Source: Octopus sinensis (Eukaryota). Taken from it: a stretch of 64,000 nt of DNA. Positions 11,590-23,730 of the stretch are shown here, one piece after another. The position numbers and the translations under genes were made by a program. Location: positions 40,114,001-40,178,000 of the forward strand of contig NC_043015.1 in assembly GCF_006345805.1 (NCBI RefSeq). The letters run 5' to 3'. Within the stretch, counting starts at the first letter, position 1; each line of letters begins with the position of its first letter. The notes beneath the pieces are model-generated. The model did not search any database. It was not told the origin of the DNA and worked only from the letters and a program-made list of their open reading frames with translations.

Positions 11590-11745
11590 AGGCAAACTGA
11601 CCACAGATAGAATAATCAAAGACTATCCGGACAAAAACTGTCTCCTAATCGATATATCAATTCCATCAGATCTATTCGAAAAATAAAAATAAATAATGAA
11701 TAAAATGGAAATGTCGAAGCTGTTCAAATACAAAAGATCGGGAAA
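11590..11745 (+). pseudogene. restriction-like endonuclease (PD-(D/E)xK) remnant of an R4/Dong-like non-LTR retrotransposon
   Basis: AN*P(D)..IIKDYPDKNCLLIDISIPSD..KMEMSKLFKYK matches the RPD-I-I-D..IDVxIP.D..KE.EKL.KY pattern of R4/Dong/NeSL endonucleases. Confidence 0.65.
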
Positions 11746-11786
11746 CAAAAAGATAAGTATAATGTCGGGAAGTGAAACAGAAACAA

Positions 11787-11913
11787 TAAATAATAATAAT
11801 AATAATAATATTAGTAATAATAATAATAATAATCTTCCAACCTGTTGTCTCTTAAGGTCTCTGGGTGAGACTTGGAGCCAACTTGCACAAATGTAAAGCA
11901 AAAGTCAAACATA

Positions 11914-11949
<36 letters not shown>

Positions 11950-11956
11950 CAACAAC

Positions 11957-11988
<32 letters not shown>

Positions 11989-12051
11989 TAATAATAATAA
12001 TAATAGTCATAATAATGATGATGATAATATAATAATAATAACAACAACAAC

Positions 12052-12118
<67 letters not shown>

Positions 12119-12128
12119 TAATGATAAT

Positions 12129-12159
<31 letters not shown>

Positions 12160-12180
12160 GAAACAACAACAATAATAATT
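11787..12180. repeat. (AAT/AAC)n tract containing an ~80-bp unique insert (11835-11914)
   Basis: Directly visible. Confidence 0.9.
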
Positions 12181-12183
12181 GTC

Positions 12184-12362
12184 TAAAATTTTAGCACAGG
12201 GCCCGCAAGTTTGAGAGGGAAAGAGTTTGTCGACTTCTTCAATTCCACGAGACTTGATTGTTTCTTTCTTTCATCGACCCCGAAAGAACGAAAGGCAAAG
12301 ATGACCATGGTAGGATTTGAACCGAGAATGTGAAGAACTAGAACATATATCGCACGGCATTT
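12184..12362 (-). mobile_element. SINE family A, old diverged copy
   Basis: ATCGACCCCGAAAGAACGAAAGGCAAAG..GGATTTGAAC. Confidence 0.65.
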
Positions 12363-12626
12363 ATTTCGATGCTTTACCGATTCTAAGCCTGTCTGGTAGA
12401 AGTTACCTACAATATTCGTCTGCAAAAAGGAATTCTGGCAAGACAGCCAACAAGCAAAAAAAAAAAAAAAATTTTTGTTTGGTAGCAGAGAAGAAGCAGA
12501 TTCTTATTCGCATCCAACAGCAGACTGCATCCTCTTTTTCTGCCAAATTTAACACTTTGGTAAATCGTTCTCTCCACATCCTTGCAGATAATACCACGAA
12601 TTCTTGTGAACAAAACAAATACATTC

Positions 12627-12726
12627 NNNNNNNNNNNNNNNNNNNNNNNNNNNNNNNNNNNNNNNNNNNNNNNNNNNNNNNNNNNNNNNNNNNNNNNNNN
12701 NNNNNNNNNNNNNNNNNNNNNNNNNN
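12627..12726. other. assembly gap (100 N)
   Basis: Run of exactly 100 N; true size unknown. Confidence 0.99.
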
Positions 12727-12756
12727 TTTTCTTTCTTTTGTTTATTTACCGTTTTA

Positions 12757-12801
<45 letters not shown>

Positions 12802-13303
12802 TATATATATGCATATATATATGGCGGGCTTCTTTCAGTTTCCCTCTACCAAATCTACTCACAAGAATATTCGTGATTAAAACGCCGACGCGTTTTAACC
12901 AGGACGCGAAACCGCATCGCGGACACCGCAATAATTATAATAACATATTCTAACTAAACAGAACTGCATAATGAACTTCTTTGAATAAGAATTTCGCCAG
13001 ACAGTCTCTAAGAGTTGGCAGACTGGTTGTGGTGGCCTATATCTGCATGAACCGTACAGGAAAATTTTTTAAATAAACAAATATATTATGATGTTTAGTG
13101 AGATGAAATTGACGCTCTCGTCTTGGCATTTCTTTCTCTAATAAAAGAAAACATCGCAGAAAAGTCTGTCATTTTTTAATCAAGCGACCATCTTTTGCGT
13201 TGTTGTTCTACTGTCAATCCTTAAACAGTTGACTTCGGATGGTTTAACATACTAACCGATTTACTGGCGCCGGTTCCAATTATTGGAATATTTTATCAAA
13301 TCA

Positions 13304-13625
13304 CTAGCAGTATCACCCGGCGTTGCTCGGGTTTGTTTCGACCCTTTAGAATTGGAATTTTTGAAAAGTAAAAATTTCACATTATGTAGCTTGTTATTCT
13401 CTTTAAGTGAACATTTGGTTGAAATACACCGAAAAATGGCGACACAGCAGTCAAAAAATCGTAAAAAATAGGGATTTTCATAGAAAAAAGCACCTTTTTG
13501 ATGTAAATCATTTTTGGTCTTCTATCATATTCTAAATTTTGGTCAACTTGCGCCGCAGGGTCTCGGAGGAGATAGTGTTAGTTGAAGGCTACCAAACCTG
13601 CCATACACACAGACAACTTCAGCCT
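13304..13625 (-). mobile_element. non-autonomous Helitron
   Basis: On the minus strand it ends in hairpin CCCGAGCAACGCCGGG + TGATACTG + CTAG|T; the 5' end is degraded. Confidence 0.75.
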
Positions 13626-14985
13626 TAGCGATTTAATCTAATCCATAATATTTTCTTCTGTTGTGGCCAATAATTCACAGCTGACTTAGAGATGATTTTA
13701 TCCCATTGCGTAGCACCTTGAGCAAGTACCGTCTGCCATAACCTCGGGTCCACCAATATCTTGTGCGTGAACTTTAAAATTTAGCAAATGAAACTGTGCA
13801 GAAGTCTTTTAAAGTGGTTGTTTCTGATGCCGAGTGGTAGAAGACTTCATCTTTAAACGACTGCAACAGTGATATTTCATCTTGGCAATTATCTGACAGT
13901 CTTCTTGAGGGCGCAACCCCTTCCGTACCACTTTTCTATTCGACTCGTCCCTTTGTTTTTGATGCCCCCTCATCTAATCTAAAAGGCAACAGTTTCTTCT
14001 TTTGACGTTGTCTCATAGTTTTGGGATTCCCACATTCTTCTTGTAAAGCATCGGTTTATATTTGTCCAAACCTGGTTACTTTTTTGTTAGGATTTGAACC
14101 CAAAACACTGCCGAGACAACAATGAAAACGTACATCAATAATATTGAACTGCATTTTCCCATGATGCACCTCTACAACAACATGGACTGAGGCCATTAAC
14201 GAACACCCGTTTCTGTTGTCATTTAGCCCCTGGTAAAACCTCAACTTAGTCGACATATCCAGCTGCTAACATTTCCGTCTCTTCATCACTATTTGTAACT
14301 AAATCATAAATGTCCTTCAAAAGTATTTTGTCTGTATTTAAGACGTTCAGTTGTGATTTACTTGCTGTTTCTAGCAGTGCGAGCGACCACATAGAGGCAC
14401 GCTTACTTTGACCTATATTTCACCGTTGGTATTTAGGGAAAGGTGAACTGTACCTCCCTCATTGTACCTCGTTTACAAAGATGTCACTGTACCTCCTCAT
14501 GGTACCTCTGTACAGTTATATGGTCTGAGCCATCAACGGACAAATGGCTTTGTCAGTAATACAGTTCAGTGTCGCTGGCGGAATTCGAACTCTGGGTCCT
14601 TAAATCGTTGCTTATAATGTCTACCAGCTGCAATACATAAAGGGAAAATAATTTACCGAAATATCTAACTAATTACTTTCTCTAATTTACTGGCTGCTAA
14701 TTATTTTAATAAACAGTGCAATAATTGTGGCTGCCTGTAACCCACATGGCCTCGTTTTTTTTTTTCATTATTTTCAGAATAATTGCTGTCAAGTGTTTGT
14801 CCCACCCATTTTGGCGAACAATAAAACTGGGATGGAGTTTATTTAGTAGAACCATAAGTACATTTGGTATCGGGGATTTTCGTTGTTGTTGATGTTGTTG
14901 TAAAGCCTGAAAGTCTTTTAGGTTGGCCCCTTATTCAAGGGAACCATCACGGTATGTAGGTAACAAAAGAAACAAAAACTAGATA

Positions 14986-15596
14986 TCTTTATATATAAAA
15001 GTCAAGTTGTGTGTCTGTCTCCTACAATTTAGATTCCTAACTACTCCCACATTTTGCGGTGCAGTTTAACCAAAACCGGGTATCTTATAGTCGTGATTCA
15101 TATCGAGCCCTTCTGGGTATTAGCGCGCGTCTACGATGAGTCTACGATTTTAAAAAATAATTTCCATCCTTTTTTTTTTTTCCATTTTAATAATGCCTTT
15201 TTTTTCGCTATTATATAAGGGAAGTAACTCTCTAAAAATGTCTACGATGAGTCAACGATTTAAAAAATAATTTACCATCATTTTTTTCCATTTTAATGCA
15301 TTTTTTCGCTATTATATAAGGGAAGTAACTCTCTAAAAATGTCTACGATGAGTCAACGATTTAAAAAATAATTTACCATCATTTTTTCCCATTTTAATGC
15401 ATTTTTTCGCTATTATATAAGGGAAGTAACTCTCTAAAAATGTCTACGATGAGTCAACGATTTAAAAAAAAAAATTTGCCATCATTTTTTTCCATTTTTA
15501 ATGCATTTTTTTGCTATTTTTTGGCTATAACTCTCTAAAAATGCTTATATAGTTATTTCCCTTACAAACCCGAGCAACGCCGGGCGATTCTGCTAG
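14986..15596 (+). mobile_element. non-autonomous Helitron with an internal ~101-bp tandem array (about 4 copies, 15130-15540)
   Basis: A|TCTTTATATATAAAA 5' end; hairpin CCCGAGCAACGCCGGG at 15569-15584; CTAG|T 3' end; repeat units start at 15130, 15241, 15342 and 15443. Confidence 0.9.
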
Positions 15597-15773
15597 TGAT
15601 TTATAAAGCCAGTACTGCTCCGACCACCAGACGTCCAATGGCTTATCGTACGTAGTTCGTAGTTGGTGAAGTAGTTATCTCCCTCTTTTAAGCGTATCTT
15701 TTGAACAAGATGCTCTCTTTTCAGTCAGGTATAACGGGATCCCGTTAACTGCGAATGATTAAAGATGTATATA

Positions 15774-15898
15774 TATTTCTTAACTACCCACAAGGGGCTA
15801 AACACAGAGGGGACAAACAAGGACAGACAAACGGATTAAGTCGATTACATCGACCCCAGTGCGTAACTGGTACTTAATTTAACGACCCCGAAAGGATG
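15774..15898 (-). mobile_element. SINE family A, 3' part (tail A)
   Basis: Matches 1849-1980. Confidence 0.8.
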
Positions 15899-15949
15899 TA
15901 ATCGACTCATCCCGCTCCCCTGGCAAAATTTGAAGCTGCTATTATTATT

Positions 15950-16132
15950 ATTGAGTGAGCGAGCAGAGCATGCCATCAAAGTGACACTGGGGTAAAATAT
16001 ACGAAGCCCAGTATACCCATCATGACTACCCGTCTGATAAGGGTACACCAGGCACATGCATCACAACCATATGTGCGCGACATGGTGATCTCATATCAAG
16101 GTAAACAGCACATGACCTTGCAGGTGGAGCCC
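15950..16132 (+). mobile_element. dispersed repeat family G, truncated
   Basis: Highly similar to 27468-27650 (ATCAAAGTGACACTGGGGTA..TGACTACCCGTCTGATAAGGGTACACCAGGC); class not determined. Confidence 0.75.
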
Positions 16133-16133
16133 A

Positions 16134-16167
<34 letters not shown>

Positions 16168-16196
16168 TATTATTATTATTATTATATCATTACTAA

Positions 16197-16595
16197 GGCG
16201 GCGAGCTGGCAGAAACGTTAGCACGCCGGGCGAAATGCTTAGCCGTATTTCGTCTGCCGCTACGTTCTGAGTTCAAATTCCGCCGAGGTCGACTTTGCCT
16301 TTCATCCTTTCGGGGTCGATTAAATAAGTACCAGTTACGCACTTAATCCGACTTAATCCGTTTGTGTGTCCTTGTTTGTCCTCTCTATGTTTAGCCCCTT
16401 GTGGGTAGTAAAGAAATAGGTATTTCGTCCGTCTTTATGTTCTGAGTTCAAATTCCACCGAGGTCGACTTTGCTTTTCATCCTTTCGGGGTCAATGAAAT
16501 AAGTACTAGTCGAACACTGGGGTCCGTGTAATCAACTTACCCACCCCCCTTGTACATTGCTGGCCTTGTACCAAAACTTGAAATCAATATTATTA
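16197..16595 (+). mobile_element. SINE family A dimer (complete unit plus headless unit joined at AAATAGG|TATTTCG, 16420/16421)
   Basis: Two cores in tandem; the first ends in tail A, the second in tail B. Confidence 0.9.
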
Positions 16596-16721
16596 TTCGG
16601 TGTCCTGGTAGAAATATTAGAGAACCAGGAAAAGGTGCCTTGTGGTAGTTGTTTGAAATCCGAATTCAAAGCCCACTGAGATAAAGTTTGCCGCTCATCC
16701 CTTGTCCCCGGGAGGGGCGGG

Positions 16722-16880
16722 GTATAAAATACTTTGCGGTATTTCTTCGGGCTCCTTACATTCTGAATTCAAATCGTGCGGAGGCGAACTTTGCCTTTCG
16801 TCATGTCGAGATCGATAAAATAAAGGACCAGTCAAGTCCCCTAAAAAATGCTGGCCTTCTGCCTTACTTTGAAACTACTA
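16722..16880 (+). mobile_element. SINE family A, highly diverged
   Basis: GCGGTATTTC..CATTCTGAATTCAAATC..ACTTTGCCTTTCGTC..GATAAAATAAAGGACCAG. Confidence 0.55.
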
Positions 16881-18092
16881 CTTGGAAATATTGTATGACG
16901 AATTCGCTATATTCCAGCTTTGTCTTCGTAAAGTGTCCACGCGTTTCCAGAAACCAATGAAGCGAGGAAACAATTCTCATTTCTCCAATCTTTGCAAAAA
17001 AAGGAGAAAAAAAGTGAAATGAAGCCACAATGGAAACGGCGAGGGTGATGGGGTAGAAATACTTTTGGATCAGTTGATAGTAAAATAGATTATGAATCGA
17101 AGGATCGAGCGTTCATATTCCAGCATGAAGATTTAGCTGCAATGGTAGGTTGTTTGAAACATTTCCAAGAGGAATTGGTAACCTAACCTGGCTCTAGCTG
17201 GCTGTTTTTAAAACCTCTTTCTACCATAGATTACCAGTGTAACACCAGGGGTAGGGGATCGAATTCTATACAGCCACCAGTGCTTTTGTTCTAAATTAGA
17301 AGTAAATAAAATGTTAGTCAATTGTTATCTTCTAAACAAGGCACTGTATCGTCCCTGATCCACTTCTGACGTGACCTCATATCATCTAAGAACACATATA
17401 ACCACTCAACGAGTATGAATTTAATTGCTCGTTGCGTGCAAGGTTCAAATCACTCTCGTTGTTAGTTGACTTGAAAAGCAACAAATGAGAGAGTAGGTGG
17501 GCAAAAATATAAAAGTTAGGAAACGCTACGTAGATCCTGTTTGCTTCAAATGCGTCTTAATTAATGAGAAGAATGTCTAAAATCATTTATCTCTTAAGCA
17601 AAAAGATTGCTGACAATTAGTAAAACGAATTTTCATTCATCGTTGACTGCATTTATATTATACAGAACTCACTGAAGTCGCTTTCATCACGGTTGAGTGA
17701 CTTGTTCCAATGGCTGCGTGTGTGTGTTTGTGTGTGTTTGTGTGTGTTTGTGTGTGTGTTTGTTGGGCGTTACGCAAGTTTTCTTAACTAGGTGCTCGCT
17801 TCTGTCCTTAATCTTTATGAATCTGAATGAGGCCAAATTACTTAAGTGTTGATATTCGAAACCCATCGAAACCAAGACTGGTTGTGTTTGCTGTGCACTG
17901 CTGCACCCCTCGACACAGCTACCACGATCCAGAAGAAATTGTTGACCTAATTATTAAATGAAAAACTTAACGAACGAGAATTAAACGAACTAAAGATTTC
18001 CTTAACACACTTGGGTTCTTTTTAACGCATTTCCCACCACCACCACCACCACTACTACCACTACCTCTACTAATACCACCACCACTACAACA

Positions 18093-18134
<42 letters not shown>

Positions 18135-18634
18135 GCTGCTGCTATTTTCTATTTTTATTGACATCAATATCTTCAAGGTAAACTGTGTCGCTATTGACCT
18201 CGGCACGTGGGAAGTTTTTCCTTTTGAGCTTTTGTTATTAACACAGCCTGCTCTTATTGTCATGGCTGTCGTTGTTTGACCAACAAATGACGACTCACCA
18301 ATTTACTATGCTTATATCAAACGTAAAACCTTTTTCTTTTATTTATTAAAATATGTTTGTTAATGATAAAAGGAGTCGGACCAAATTTGCCAGCGAAACT
18401 AAATGCGATTCACCCAACTATATATATATATAGTCTGCTGAGATGATTTGAAAACACAACACCTAATAACCTAACGGTATATCTTTTCTACCCCTCTGAT
18501 GAGATTTTGCCTAACATAATCATTTAATTATTGTGATTTAATCTTTAAACTAAAGTGAAACAGCTGTAGGAGAATGTGTTGGATTTTTGCAGATAATAAA
18601 TCATATTAATGCTTCATCTCCATTTTCTAAGTTT

Positions 18635-18669
<35 letters not shown>

Positions 18670-18769
18670 CCTAAAATCCAGGAGTCCACAAATAATAGGC
18701 ACTCACACTTTAAATTATTATTATTATTATTATTATTATTATCATCATAGTCTTTTCATAGCTAAATTC

Positions 18770-18886
18770 CCAATTGGTTTCATACCAGATGTGAAGAAGC
18801 AAATCCAGCAATCATCAGAAATAACTTTCACCCATTTCTGATGATTGCCGGATTCGGCACTCCTCGTCTGGTATGAAACCAATTGG
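18770..18886. other. 117-nt imperfect hairpin (53-bp arms, 11-nt loop)
   Basis: 45 of 53 positions complementary; perfect 20-bp outer and 15-bp inner stems. Confidence 0.85.
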
Positions 18887-19295
18887 TACTTTGGTTATAA
18901 TTAGACTACAAAATAGTATTTAAAAATAATATCACGGATTAACATCAAACACTCATTTGAAACTGCTAACGGACCTTACTAACTTTGCTGTTTATCGGAT
19001 CATGGAACTGCGTAACGATTATCTATTTTACTCTGATCCTTCCTTCATTTTTGGCAAACCAGAATGTCCTAATATCCTCGACTGCGAGTATTTCTTCATT
19101 TTTATATTCCTCTGATTTCTCCTTCTTACTCAGCTTATGGAATCCTTACTCAATGTCATGAGCCACATTGCTTGGCCGGTCTAGAAACAGCCGTAAGAAA
19201 CTCTATCTGTTTATATCCTCTGTCTAAATCGTCTTTTTTGAGTGATGTTGAAAACATAGAAATCTGAATACAACTTTTTTAAAATGTGTTGGGGA

Positions 19296-19494
19296 AGGAA
19301 TATTCTTTTCTACTTTAGGCACAAGGCCCGGAAATTTGGGGGGAGGGGCCAGTCGATTAGATCGACCCCAGTACGCAACTGGTACTTAATTTATTGGACC
19401 TGAAAGGGTGAAGGGCAAAGTCGATCTCGGCGGAATTCGAACTCAGCTAAGTATTTCGCCCGTCGTGCTAACGATTCTGCCAGCTCGCCGCCTT
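19296..19494 (-). mobile_element. SINE family A, tail B, with a deletion in the head
   Basis: Reverse complement of head GGCGGCGAGCTGGCAGAATCGTTAGCACG plus core. Confidence 0.85.
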
Positions 19495-20494
19495 CGGGGA
19501 AGGAATATTAACGGAATTATAAAGTTGGAAATGAGGGTCGAGGTTTCAAATCCACGTTTAAATGATTTAGGCAACTTTCTAGGACAGAGGTGTAGATTAT
19601 AGGATTGATTTGCGGTGGACTGCCACTTGTACTGGACTCTTGTGGTGGACAGGTGTGTAGGCTAAGGTTTGTTATATAGGACAAGAACTGGTAGACAATG
19701 TTTGTTGACCAGAAAGTCTTATATAGGACTTATTGTGAAAGTGGGTCTAGACTGAGGTACTGAATTACGACTCGTATGGGACTAGGACTATTTGTGTGGC
19801 GGTGACAAACAACCAGACAACCTAGAAAGACAGAATGAGCAGAGTGAAGTCAGACACCATGAAACAACCAACACAATTTTGCCAGAACATTTTAGTTTAA
19901 GCAAAACAAAACAATAAAAGTATGTTCTGGATGAATGTCACTAAGTTACTAAATAATACGCGTTGTGTGGCGGCGGTGGTTGTAAACTAGATTCACTGTG
20001 CTATCAAGGAGTGACTAGTGTTAAGGTTATAATGCGGTACATATAGATGGCATCATAATCGTTGAGAGCCGAGTTAAATGTTTTACATAATTAAGTTTCT
20101 TCACGAGTTCAAATCCCAGAAGAGACGACGTTTGCCTTTCAACACTCCACAAATGATACTCTAACAGTAATACTCAGTTGTAGAGCCCATCGATCTTAGT
20201 ATTGGACTACAAGTAAAGGCATGAACGTCACAACATTATTTGTTGGTGACAATCTAAGGGCCGTTCCTATGTCATACTTCACGAGTCGTATTTGTCTTTG
20301 TGGCTCTATTACACGTTTTTTTTTCTCTGTGTGGCTGGACTACAAGTCCTGGTTGACCGCCCCATTCTTATACTACAAGTCATACTCCACCACCCTGGGC
20401 CGCCACTCCGGTCCTATAAGCTTTATACGTGGTTGTGTGACGGGTTACAATGTGTCCCTTGGAAACCCGGTCGAATTACATGACTCTGGGGATT

Positions 20495-21115
20495 GCATGT
20501 TTGTGCATGTGTGAACGTGTGTGCGTATGTGTATGTGTGTACCTGTACGTGTGAACATACGTATTTGGAAGTGTCTGTGTATGTGTGTACGTCAACGTGT
20601 GTGAACGTTTGTGTGTGTGTACGTCAACGTGTGTGAACGTTTGTGTGTGTGTACGCGAACATCTGTCTGTGTGTGTGTAAGCGTGTGAACGTGCACATGT
20701 GTGTAAACCTATGTGCGTATATGTATGTGTGCGTGTTTGAGTGTGTGTATGTGAGCACGTGTGCAAGTGTGAACGTGTGTGAGTGTGTGCACCTGTACGT
20801 ATGCATGTGTGAACGTGTGTGTGTGGATGTGTGCATGTGTGAACGTATGTATGTTTGTGTAGATGTGCGTGTGTGTACGTGTGCATGTGTGACTGTATGT
20901 GTGTGTATAAGTGTACATGCGTGAGCATATCTATATGAAGGTGAGTAGGTGTACGTGTGTAAACGTGTTTATGTGTGTACGTGTCTGTCGGTGTATCCGC
21001 GTATGTGTGCGTGCAATGGCATGCATGTGTGTGCATGCATGTACGTGCGTTTGTGTGTGCATGCGTGTGTGTGCGTATGTATGTGGGCGTGCATGTGCGT
21101 GCGTGTGTATACATG
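20495..21115. repeat. degenerate (TG/TGCA/TACG)n tract
   Basis: Directly visible. Confidence 0.9.
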
Positions 21116-21504
21116 AGTATCTCTACCTTTTGAATGGAGGATCACAACCAATATTACTCAACTCTATCCTGGAGATATTCAAAGAATCTTCACAGATCAT
21201 CACACTCCGTAAAAGAAACACACACACACACACACACGCCATCTCAATCCTCCAATTAATTAATCCACGACACTAATTAATCTATTAACGAAATGTAAAT
21301 GAGCAAAAGCAGTGCCTCTTATTCTCGGTACTCTTTCATAAGTAACTCCATCTCTCTCTCTCTCTCTTATTCCCTTCCCTCTCGCTCTCCTCTATCTCTC
21401 ACTTTATCTTCTCTCTTTCATTCCCTCTCTCTCTCTCTCCCTTTCTTTGTCACCCTTTTCTCTCCTTGTCTCCCATTTCTTACCCTCGTCATCCGTCGCC
21501 CCAC

Positions 21505-21537
<33 letters not shown>

Positions 21538-21689
21538 CATCTCTCTAACGTAATCTACACGTTAAGGAGCCGAAATTGATTGTGCTTTCCATTCAGTAGT
21601 GATGGTCATATAGTGTGTTACAAAATCTGGACAAATGTTTTCTTATAAGGACTCCTGTCAGTTAATCCTCCTCGAAACATATTTCAGGG

Positions 21690-21722
<33 letters not shown>

Positions 21723-22198
21723 ATGTATGTATGTATGTGTGTGAGTATATGTGTATATATGTGTGTGTGAGTATATGTATATATATATATATATATGTGT
21801 GTATATGTATGTATGTATATATATATATATATTTAAGTGTGTGTATGTACATATATATGTGTGTGTGTACGTATATATATATATATATAATATATATATA
21901 TATTATATATATATATATAGATATATATATATAATATATATATATATTGTGTGTGTGTGTGTGTGTGTGTAAATATACATCTACTTGTCGCTCTGTGCCA
22001 TTCTATCACAACAGAAAGGAAACGGGCTGTTTTCCGATATCAGATCCTTTTAAAAATAGGATGGTACCAAGGGAGGCCACTCTGACTTGATTCACTGCAT
22101 AAGTGATCCAGTATCAACCTCGGCAAAAACAGTTGCTGCTGCGGCTGCTACTACTACTACTACCAGAAGAAACACCGTAAAGCATTTTGTTCGACGCT

Positions 22199-22580
22199 CG
22201 AGCTTGTAGAATCGTCAGAGCGTCGGAACACTATGCTTTACTTTATTTGTTTGCGCTTTTAACGTTTCGAGTTCAAATCCTGCCTTGGTTAACTTTGCTT
22301 TTCATCCCTCCGGGGTTGATAAAATAAAATATCGAATTGTGGAGTCCACGATATCGGCAGTTACAATCTGGGGTCGATGTATTCGACTCACTCCCTTTAC
22401 ACATACTTGGGGGCACCCAAAGCTTTTTAAGTGCTTAGGGCCTCCATGGGTTTTAATCCGGTCCTGCTCCAAGGACCCATTTCCTTGATTCTTATTTAGG
22501 CATAAGGCCTGAAATTTTGGGAAGGAGATTATTTGATACCATGGACCCTAGTATTTGTCTGGTACTTATTGACTCTGGAG
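22199..22580. mobile_element. two diverged SINE family A fragments (+ about 22199-22430; - about 22488-22580)
   Basis: GAGTTCAAATCC..TTTGCTTTTCATCCCTCCGGGGTTGATAAA; AGGCATAAGGCCTGAAATTTTGGG. Confidence 0.6.
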
Positions 22581-23053
22581 CAGTAACGTAACTAGAAAGG
22601 GACGGGGCGGTCTTCCCCGCACGGCGTCTTAATAAGGGCAGCACTTTTACGTCTGCTGTATTAGTTTGTACAGGCTTCGGGGCCGGGAAGGGCACAAATT
22701 CAAGGGTGCCTTCGGGGTGGCACGCAACCTAACTGTGTCACTTCCCCGCGAGTTGACTTGGGTAGGATTCGAACACAATACATGAAGGGTCGGCTTTTTA
22801 ACATGGTGCACAAGACTATAGATCGGTTGGGATTGTTGTTTAGCCTAGGTGAAACATGGTCAAGCGGCCCGTACTCGAAAACATTCCATTCGTGGCCTTC
22901 CCAAAAGCTAACGCCCTTTACGACGTTCCGTTGTGATTTGGAAAGGATGTAGCTGTTATTTCTAGCATGAAGGTTACTAGGTAAAGGCGATGGTTTGCAA
23001 TCGCTTTTTTCAACCCTCAGTAAGTTTATTAATGGTATATAATTTTTTTTTTA

Positions 23054-23210
23054 CCCGAGCTGGCAGAAACGTTAGCACGCCGGGCGAAATGCTTAGCGGT
23101 ATTTCGTCTGCCGTTACGTTTTGAGTTCAAATTCCGCCGAGGTCGACTTTGCCTTTCATCCTTTCGGGGTCGATTAAATAAGTACCAGTTACGCACTGGG
23201 GTCGATGTAA
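23054..23210 (+). mobile_element. SINE family A, young copy, 3'-truncated
   Basis: Nearly identical to 16200-16340; CpGs intact. Confidence 0.9.
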
Positions 23211-23300
23211 GAGGAAGCAGCGAGGCTGGGTGAGAGAGAAACAAGTTTTTATCTACTATTTTAAGCTTTCCTGTTGAATATATAATTCTTAGTTTCTATG

Positions 23301-23336
<36 letters not shown>

Positions 23337-23596
23337 CTATGTGGATATATCCGTTGATGTACTCGGATGCACGCACTGCTCATAAATATATATATATGCA
23401 TTTGTTGTATACAAACACGGGGATTAGATACACACACACACACACACACACATACACGCGCTGCAGATGTATGTATACAGATGTGTATGTATGTATATAT
23501 ATATGTGTGTGTGTGTGTGTGCGTGTATATGTGTGTGTATGTGTTTGTATGTGTGTGTGTATATATATATATGTGTGTGTGTATGTGTATATATGT

Positions 23597-23630
<34 letters not shown>

Positions 23631-23642
23631 GTATGTGTGTGT

Positions 23643-23676
<34 letters not shown>

Positions 23677-23699
23677 GTATGTGTGTATGTATGTGTGTG

Positions 23700-23730
<31 letters not shown>

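Noticed and set aside
12627-12726. ORFs spanning the N run
   Set aside because: Assembly gap; the X-containing ORFs are artefacts, and distances across the gap are unreliable.
12877-12898. Perfect 9-bp hairpin TTAAAACGC-CGAC-GCGTTTTAA (and short ones at about 14446-14517 and 29723-29739)
   Set aside because: Short stems are expected by chance; no supporting context.
18838-18880. Hammerhead-like CTGATGA + TGCCG-GATT-CGGCA stem within the hairpin
   Set aside because: GAAA does not follow stem II directly (15 extra nt) and there is no NUH/stem I arrangement.
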